In this document: positions 58,378 to 64,000 of the stretch, piece by piece
How positions within the stretch are numbered: the stretch's first letter is position 1
Layout of the letters: every line of letters begins with the position of its first letter
Assembly (NCBI GenBank): GCA_036267355.1
Contig: DATAWG010000076.1
Coordinates: 60,291 to 124,290, forward strand
DNA: 64,000 nt
Direction of reading: 5' to 3'
Origin: Pirellulales bacterium
Lineage (GTDB): Bacteria > Planctomycetota > Planctomycetia > Pirellulales > DATAWG01
The notes under the pieces: model-generated
Told to the model about the DNA's origin: nothing
Database searches by the model: none
The model's input: only the letters and a program-made list of their open reading frames with translations
Position numbers and translations under genes: made by a program

Positions 58378-58393
58378 TGCAAGCACCGTTCCA
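58378..58393 (-). promoter_or_regulatory. Candidate sigma-54 (-24/-12) promoter
   Basis: The minus strand reads TGGAACGGTGCTTGCA, against the consensus TGGCACG-N4-TTGCW. GG and GC fall at exactly the canonical spacing. About 138 nt upstream of the GTG at 58240. Confidence 0.5.
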
Positions 58394-58914
58394 AAACCCG
58401 GCTGAATAGCGAGAGAAGTCGCAGACCATTCGCTCATATAGAGTTGCGGCTAGAAGCCGGCATTTTCAAACAATCCAAAGAACCGTGCCGTCTTCACCAT
58501 TTTGAGTGATATCGAGGTCGCAAAATCAACGCATCGCTAGCCGAGCAAACGGTTTATGAAGCAAACACTGAACTAGTGCGATATCACTGAATCGGTGAGA
58601 GGGGGGTAATGGTCAGCGAGAAGCGTCCCAGTCCGCGGACGAGGGCTCGAGCGCGTCCGGAAATTCACGGCCTGGAATATGGGCTTATGGGCTGTCGAAA
58701 CAGCGCCGTGCGCTGGGTAGATCTTATGCAAAGGTGCGGCGCCCTTGTCCCGCACGAATGAGCACCGAGATAGGCACACGACGCAAAACGCGCGATCGTG
58801 CCCAGTCGCCCCTGCATCCAGTCGCATGAAATCAAACGCAGCGCCCTTGTGGCAGAGGACGGGGCGGGGGTCGGCAAGAAGTTATTTTCGGCCGACCCTT
58901 CTTACGATCGCTCG

Positions 58915-59091
58915 TCAGAAAGAATAGCGCTTGTTTCGACGGCGGTGCTTGCCGTTAAAGCCGGCATTGGTCGACTTTCGAGATCGCTCGGGTCCGCGCC
59001 GGCGACGACTCGAGTTATCGCGCTGACGCTCATTCGCAGAAGGCAACGTCGATTCCGAGTCGTCGAATATGAACGAATTGGCCGAGTTCAC
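58915..59091 (-). CDS. Small arginine-rich protein, NGKHRRRNKR C-terminal motif family (58 aa)
   Basis: GTG start with GGAG upstream. Translation: MNSANSFIFDDSESTLPSANERQRDNSSRRRRGPERSRKSTNAGFNGKHRRRNKRYSF. It shares the MN(A/S)AN start and the C-terminal motif with 58070-58240. Confidence 0.55.
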   Translation of the reverse strand: MNSANSFIFDDSESTLPSANERQRDNSSRRRRGPERSRKSTNAGFNGKHRRRNKRYSF

Positions 59092-59182
59092 GAGTTGGGC
59101 TCCGTTTGTCACTCTTTGCCGCGGGCAAGAAACGACGACCATCAGCACACCTTCGGACAAGAACTTCGACCGACCTCGACTT

Positions 59183-59198
59183 CGCAAAAGTCATTCCG
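59183..59198 (-). promoter_or_regulatory. Candidate sigma-54 (-24/-12) promoter
   Basis: The minus strand reads CGGAATGACTTTTGCG, with GG and TTGC at canonical spacing. About 92 nt upstream of the GTG at 59091. Confidence 0.45.
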
Positions 59199-59756
59199 CA
59201 ATTGACGCGAATCAGCAGTTGCTTGTAACCAACTGCGGCGATTCGCTTTAGACAAATAAGTCCCAAATGGACGAACCTTCGACCTGCCACACAGATGTGC
59301 TAAATTTCTATGGTCAATGTTGCAACTCGTTGAACATACGGTTCTTGCGGCGATTCCCAAAAACAGTGACATCTCACCAAAATAGTGATTATCGGCTCTT
59401 TCCCCTTCTGCCGAATGTGGCATCGCTTTGCTGCGTTACAGGGCTGCTCCGGACCGGTGCGTGCGGTTTCAAGTGCGCGACGAACAGCCAGTCCGCTCGT
59501 TTGCGGTGGCATGCCCGTTTCCCAAGCAACGAACTGATCTCCGTTCTGCCTCGACCAATGCGCCTGGTCGATCGAAATTTGTCGTTCGATATCTGGCGAT
59601 ACTGTTTCGACTTGCGGAGTTTCGATTATTCGAGCGACAGCGAATCAACAGCGTCCGGTATATCCCTTGCTTGAAAAACCTTGAATCGTGTTGGCCGCTT
59701 CAGAGCGCCATCGTTCAAGACGCGAACAATCTGAGTAGTTGCAAAAGGAGAATTTC

Positions 59757-60884
59757 ATGATCAAGAAATTGGCGAAGTGGGCAGGAGCATTCGCGGCAGC
59801 GGCTGCCGCGGCACTGGTCGGGGGCCACGTGGCCTTCGCAGATCCGCCGGTGCGAGTAGAACCACGGGCTCCCGAAGCCGTGCGTGAAGCGCCCCGTGAA
59901 GCGGTGCGCGACAACCGCGCGGCGGTGCGCGACGCCCGGATCGACCGTCGCGCTCGTCGGGCGCCGGGTGAGCTGGGACTGAGAATTGGGGCCGTGGCCG
60001 ATCGGGGGCTAGCGATCGCGAACCTCGTCACCAACAGCGTGTTCTACGATGCGGGACTACGGCCGAGCGATTACATCGTCTCGGTCGACGGACATCGGAT
60101 CGTCGCCCCGGGCGACTTTGACCGGTATCTCTATGCTGCTGGCCCGGATCAACCGGTGCAGATCGTGGTCTGGCGGAACGGTGCGGACCAAACGCTCACC
60201 ATTCAACCCTCCGTTCTGTATGCGAATGACGCCTACGACAACGATCTGAACAATTTCGGCGTCGAATTCGACCCGCAATACACCAATCAGTTGCTCATTC
60301 GCCGCGTGCTTCCCGGGTCGCGCGCCTATCTGTCCGGCCTTCGGGATGGCGATGTGATCACGGGTTGGAATGGTCAGCGCATTCGCTCGCCGCAAGAATT
60401 CGCGAAAGTGATTCACGACGAAAAGCCGGGGCGCGTTGCGTTCGACTATAACCGCGGCTCGAAGACAATGCAGGGGAATGTTACATTCGATCGTCGCGAC
60501 GAACGCACACCGAACGCCGCCGGGACCCAACCGGCCGACCGGACTGCTCAACGCGATACTCGACCCATAGAGCCGTCGCGGGTAGGCCCAACTCCCCGCG
60601 AACCGACCCCGACGGTCACTCCGCCGGCAAATCCGCGCGAAACCACGCCGACGGTCACCCCGCCGACGAATCCGCGCGAGCCGATCCCGACGGTTACACC
60701 GCCGGCTGGTCGCGAGCCGGGTCAGACCACGCCTCCGGCTGGTCGCGAACCGCCGCGAACCAATCCGCCTGCGGAAGGCCGAGCGCCGTCTGCGGCACCG
60801 CGCGCTGAAGCGCCGCGCCCGGCCGAGGCCCCGCGCCCGGCCGCACCGGCATCTCGCGAAGGAACCGCACCCGGTGCGAAATAA
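59757..60884 (+). CDS. Secreted protein with two PDZ-like domains and a Pro/Thr-rich tandem-repeat tail
   Basis: AAAGGAG Shine-Dalgarno. Signal peptide (KWAGAFAAAAAAALVGG). PDZ-like segments (GLRPSDYIVSVDGHRI; GLRDGDVITGWNGQRI). The tail carries NPRE(T/P)xPTVTPP three times and AGREP twice. Confidence 0.75.
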   Translation: MIKKLAKWAGAFAAAAAAALVGGHVAFADPPVRVEPRAPEAVREAPREAVRDNRAAVRDARIDRRARRAPGELGLRIGAVADRGLAIANLVTNSVFYDAGLRPSDYIVSVDGHRIVAPGDFDRYLYAAGPDQPVQIVVWRNGADQTLTIQPSVLYANDAYDNDLNNFGVEFDPQYTNQLLIRRVLPGSRAYLSGLRDGDVITGWNGQRIRSPQEFAKVIHDEKPGRVAFDYNRGSKTMQGNVTFDRRDERTPNAAGTQPADRTAQRDTRPIEPSRVGPTPREPTPTVTPPANPRETTPTVTPPTNPREPIPTVTPPAGREPGQTTPPAGREPPRTNPPAEGRAPSAAPRAEAPRPAEAPRPAAPASREGTAPGAK

Positions 60885-60911
60885 CGCTTGTCGCTCGAAT
60901 GACTATGCGTC

Positions 60912-60952
60912 AAACGTCCGGCTTGGGACCGCTCCAAGCCGGACGTTTTTTT
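60912..60952 (+). terminator. Rho-independent terminator
   Basis: Perfect 13-bp stem ACGTCCGGCTTGG / CCAAGCCGGACGT with a 7-nt loop, followed by T7. Lies 28 nt after the stop at 60884. Confidence 0.8.
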
Positions 60953-61180
60953 GTTGATGGACTACGGGGCTGAGATCCACAAGCTTTAAAGGTTTACAGT
61001 CGGCGGGGCAGGCCTTTGAAGCCAGGCAGAAAGTCCGTATATCGGATTGATAGGAATGGGCGGGCAAGCTTGTCGCCTTTTCGCGGACTAGCTTTAGATT
61101 GATGGCCCGATCGTTCTTGTCTGCGCGCGTCAGGCAAGCGTTTTTTAGGGCCGGGATTACCCCCGCCCGCAGTTGCCGCG

Positions 61181-62602
61181 ATGTCCAATCAGCCTGCACG
61201 AATTCAACAGTTCCATTCGATCCTCGATGTCTTCTCGCGATTGACCGATACAATCGCGATCATCGGCAGCTTGCTTTTGCTGGGTATGCACGGGCCCGTG
61301 CTATCGGGCGAGGACCTGTGGCTCGCGGCGATTTTAGCGGTGATCGTCTACTATATTGCCGCTGAAGTGACCGGACTGTTTCGAAGTTGGCATGGAGCCA
61401 CCGCCGAGCGGGAATTGGGATGCACCCTGCTGACGTGGGGACTTACGGTTCCGATTCTGCTGGCGATCGGCTTCTGGACGGGCTCGATCGGCGCGGGCCG
61501 CGGCGAACTGTCGCGTGGCGGATTGTTGCGCTGGTTGCTATTGGCGCCGGCGATGATGGCGGCCGGGCGGATCGGCTACCGCACCGCGCTCCGGCTGGTG
61601 CGGCGGCGCGGCTGGAACTCCAGGGGGTTCGCCATCGTCGGGGCCAATGAACTCGGCTTTCAATTGGCTCGCAACATCGAAATTTCGCCGGAAATGGGCC
61701 TGAAGCTTGTCGGATTTTTCGACGACCGGCCGCCAGAACGGCGGGCCACGATTCCCGGCGATGTTGGGAATTGTGTCGGAAACCTCGACGATCTTTTGGC
61801 CCACGCCAGCGACGGCCGGGTTCACATGATCTACATCACGCTGCCGCTCCGCGCTGAACAGCGGATCAAAAGCGTGCTGGCACGACTTGCCGACACGACG
61901 GCTTCGGTCTATGTCGTGCCGGATTTTTTCGTGTTCGAATTGTTGCATTCGCGGTGGACCAATATCGGCGGCCTGCCGGCGGTAAGCATTTTCGAAACCC
62001 CGCTCTACGGTGTCGGCGGCGCGGTCAAGCGTGTGCTCGATATGGCGCTGGCGAGCGTGTTTCTGATTGTCGCCGGATTGCCGATGTTGGCGATTGCCGT
62101 GTCGATCAAGCTCACTTCACGCGGCCCGGTCTTTTTCAAGCAAAAGCGCTACGGTCTCGACGGCCGGCCGATCGATGTTTGGAAGTTTCGCACGATGAAG
62201 GTGTGCGAAAGCGGCTCAGCCGTCGTGCAAGCCACCAAGTCCGACCCCCGGATTACGCCGCTCGGATCGTTCTTGCGGCGAAGTTCGCTCGATGAATTGC
62301 CGCAATTGTTTAACGTGATCGAGGGAAATATGTCGTTGGTAGGCCCCCGGCCGCACGCCAACGTTCACAACGAACTGTATCGCAAGCAAATCCAAGGCTA
62401 CATGCTTCGCCACAAGGTGAAGCCGGGAATCACAGGCCTGGCCCAAGTCAATGGCTGGCGCGGTGAAACCGACACGCTGGATAAAATGCAGAAGCGTGTC
62501 GAATGCGATCATCAATACATCCGCGACTGGTCTCCCTGGCTCGACATGAAGATTCTCATGCGAACCATCGCGGCGGTTTTGACGAGGCAAAATGCGTACT
62601 GA
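61181..62602 (+). CDS. Undecaprenyl-phosphate hexose-1-phosphate transferase (WcaJ/WbaP-type polyprenyl glycosylphosphotransferase)
   Basis: Four N-terminal TM segments, then a Rossmann-like FAIVGANELG. SRGPVFFKQKRYGLDGRPIDVWKFRTM, DELPQLFNVIEGNMSLVGPRPH, KPGITGLAQVNGWRG. Confidence 0.9.
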   Translation: MSNQPARIQQFHSILDVFSRLTDTIAIIGSLLLLGMHGPVLSGEDLWLAAILAVIVYYIAAEVTGLFRSWHGATAERELGCTLLTWGLTVPILLAIGFWTGSIGAGRGELSRGGLLRWLLLAPAMMAAGRIGYRTALRLVRRRGWNSRGFAIVGANELGFQLARNIEISPEMGLKLVGFFDDRPPERRATIPGDVGNCVGNLDDLLAHASDGRVHMIYITLPLRAEQRIKSVLARLADTTASVYVVPDFFVFELLHSRWTNIGGLPAVSIFETPLYGVGGAVKRVLDMALASVFLIVAGLPMLAIAVSIKLTSRGPVFFKQKRYGLDGRPIDVWKFRTMKVCESGSAVVQATKSDPRITPLGSFLRRSSLDELPQLFNVIEGNMSLVGPRPHANVHNELYRKQIQGYMLRHKVKPGITGLAQVNGWRGETDTLDKMQKRVECDHQYIRDWSPWLDMKILMRTIAAVLTRQNAY

Positions 62603-62778
62603 AGAGGGGCGATCTTGCGGCCGCGCATGGCTGAGCTTGCGGCATAGGAACCGCTACAAACCGACACGAACTCGTGCATTTTGCATTAATTTCTGCGGGG
62701 AGCCGCAAAGCTGCCGGAAATATGTACTAGATTTTAAGTACATCCTGACTTCTCCACCCTAACCTAGTGAGTTCCTTC

Positions 62779-62955
62779 ATGCGTCGATTTTGCCAGTTTG
62801 TTCGGTTCTTCATCCGCAAAGAAGATGGGCCCACGTCCGTAGAATATGCCGTCATGCTCGCACTGATCGTGTTGGTCTGCATGTCGGCCATCAAAACGCT
62901 GGGCACGAACACGAAAACGACGTTTTCCAATATGTCGTCCTCGCTGGGAAGTTGA
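62779..62955 (+). CDS. Flp/Fap-family type IVb pilin
   Basis: Flp motif EDGPTSVEYAVMLALIVLV after a short basic leader. 58 aa from ATG 62779 (62 aa from GTG 62767). Confidence 0.75.
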   Translation: MRRFCQFVRFFIRKEDGPTSVEYAVMLALIVLVCMSAIKTLGTNTKTTFSNMSSSLGS

Positions 62956-63166
62956 ACCGGCGTAGGGGCAGTTCTCTCGGTGCGACAGTGCGCGGGCGGT
63001 TTTTCCGCATCAGAAAGTCGGCCGGGCACAAGGGGTTTTGGCCCTATTGCGACACGCATCGGCGCGCGACCGCACTCTAGCTGCTCTTCTGCCGTGTTCC
63101 CCCGCTTGTTAGAATCCCCCGCTTTCTCGGCTCCCGAGACCGGGTGTGCTAGCGCGGAGGAACCGG

Positions 63167-64000
63167 ATGCGAACGGCGGCATCGTGGCTGCTTCTGTTTG
63201 CGGTCGCATTGAGCGGCTGCGCGTCGCTGCGCGCCGATCGCCCCGAACTGCCAGCCCGCAATGCGGTGCGGCTCGATCAACTGGTGATCCACAGCAATTT
63301 CGAACTGCCGAAGCATCATCGGCTGTTGGAAGAGGTGCAGGCGCTGCGTTGGGACATCGTCTCGAAGCTCGACCTGACGCCCTCCGACGAGCCAATTCAC
63401 GTGTATCTGTTCGAGAATGACGAGCAGTTCAAGGCGTATGTGCACAGCAAATTTCCAAGCTTCCCCGACCGCCGGGCATTTTTCGTAGAAACCGAAACGC
63501 AACTCAGCGTCTACGCCCAATGGGGCGAACATGTGGCCGTCGATCTGCGACACGAAGTAACTCACGGCTATTTACACTCGATGGTGCAAAACCTGCCGCT
63601 GTGGCTCGACGAAGGGCTCGCGGAATATTTCGAAGTGCCCCGGGGAACGCACGGCTATCACCGAGTGAACATCGACGACCTGACGGCCAATCTGCAAGCC
63701 GGCCGATGGCGGCCCGATATCCATCGCTTGGAAGCGCTGAAATCGGTCGCGGAAATGGGCCGCACGGAATATGCCGAATCGTGGGCGTGGGTGCATTTGC
63801 TCCTGGAAACCGAACCCGCCCGCCGCGATCTCTTGCGGGGCTACCTCGCCAGCCTGCGCCGCGAAGCCGCCTCGGAGCCGCTCTCGTACCGGCTGCACCA
63901 GGCAAACCTCGACAATCCGGCCCTGCTGTTGGCCCACCTGCAAACCCTCTCCGCGGCCACCGTGGCCGAACCGTCGCCTCCGCCCCGACGCCGCCTCCTA
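63167..64000 (+). CDS. Lipoprotein with HExxH metalloprotease-like motif (DUF1570-like), 3' partial
   Basis: Not in the ORF track because it runs off the window. GGAGG Shine-Dalgarno. Lipobox LFAVALSGC. HEVTHGYL plus LDEGLAEYFE. The frame is open to position 64000. Confidence 0.65.
   Translation, partial: MRTAASWLLLFAVALSGCASLRADRPELPARNAVRLDQLVIHSNFELPKHHRLLEEVQALRWDIVSKLDLTPSDEPIHVYLFENDEQFKAYVHSKFPSFPDRRAFFVETETQLSVYAQWGEHVAVDLRHEVTHGYLHSMVQNLPLWLDEGLAEYFEVPRGTHGYHRVNIDDLTANLQAGRWRPDIHRLEALKSVAEMGRTEYAESWAWVHLLLETEPARRDLLRGYLASLRREAASEPLSYRLHQANLDNPALLLAHLQTLSAATVAEPSPPPRRRLL

Noticed and set aside
58573-58827. Possible extra small genes between the two arginine-rich ORFs: + strand 58609-58761 (50 aa, GAGGGGGG just upstream) and - strand 58573-58827 (84 aa).
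   Set aside because: The two overlap each other and have no family resemblance. The purine tract is too close to the ATG for a good Shine-Dalgarno spacing. The evidence is insufficient either way.
1-64000. Scanned the non-coding gaps for tRNA, rRNA or tmRNA signatures (T-loop GGTTCGAATCC-type words, on both strands).
   Set aside because: No convincing T-arm or acceptor combinations were found outside coding regions. The few GTTCGA-like words lie inside well-supported CDSs.

Overview
High-GC window, probably from a Planctomycetota (Pirellulales-like) genome. That guess is inferred from gene content: an FGly-type sulfatase, a PEP-CTERM protein, a PQQ-like beta-propeller, a prenyltransferase-repeat protein, a DUF1570-like lipoprotein and lpxI. 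About 1-36.3 kb is one large polysaccharide biosynthesis locus. All its genes are on the + strand and many are translationally coupled. It encodes a neuB-like synthase, two SDR epimerases, a Wzx-like flippase, a Wzy-like polymerase and at least 6 glycosyltransferases. It also holds two AsnB-type amidotransferases, an ATP-grasp::LMW-PTP fusion, an LTA-synthase-family protein, a carbamoyltransferase, a PaaK/CapK-like ligase, wecB, a DegT aminotransferase, a PglC-like initiating transferase, two DUF218 proteins and a WbpA-like dehydrogenase. Inside it sits an unusual module at 14.3-17.9 kb: a nucleotidyltransferase-like gene, a transaldolase and a tri-domain NTase-HAD-kinase protein. A 10-bp tandem array follows at 17.95-18.06 kb. 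The locus ends in an IS-scarred region (36.3-38.7 kb). The remainder is mostly housekeeping or envelope genes: sulfatase, htrA-like protease, thiS-thiG, lpxI-lpxD, HupE-like protein, phospholipase C-like enzyme, wcaJ-like transferase, Flp pilin. Two things stand out there. (i) A family of three 56-59 aa arginine-rich ORFs shares an invariant C-terminal NG(I/K)HRRR(N/H)KR motif. (ii) Two of these ORFs sit behind sequences with exact sigma-54 promoter spacing, next to a sensor-less sigma-54 activator (56.8-59.2 kb). I rate this and the transaldolase/tri-domain module as the best candidates for an undescribed system. All calls come from reading the sequence and ORF translations by eye. Start codons are best guesses, and no database search or structure prediction was run.
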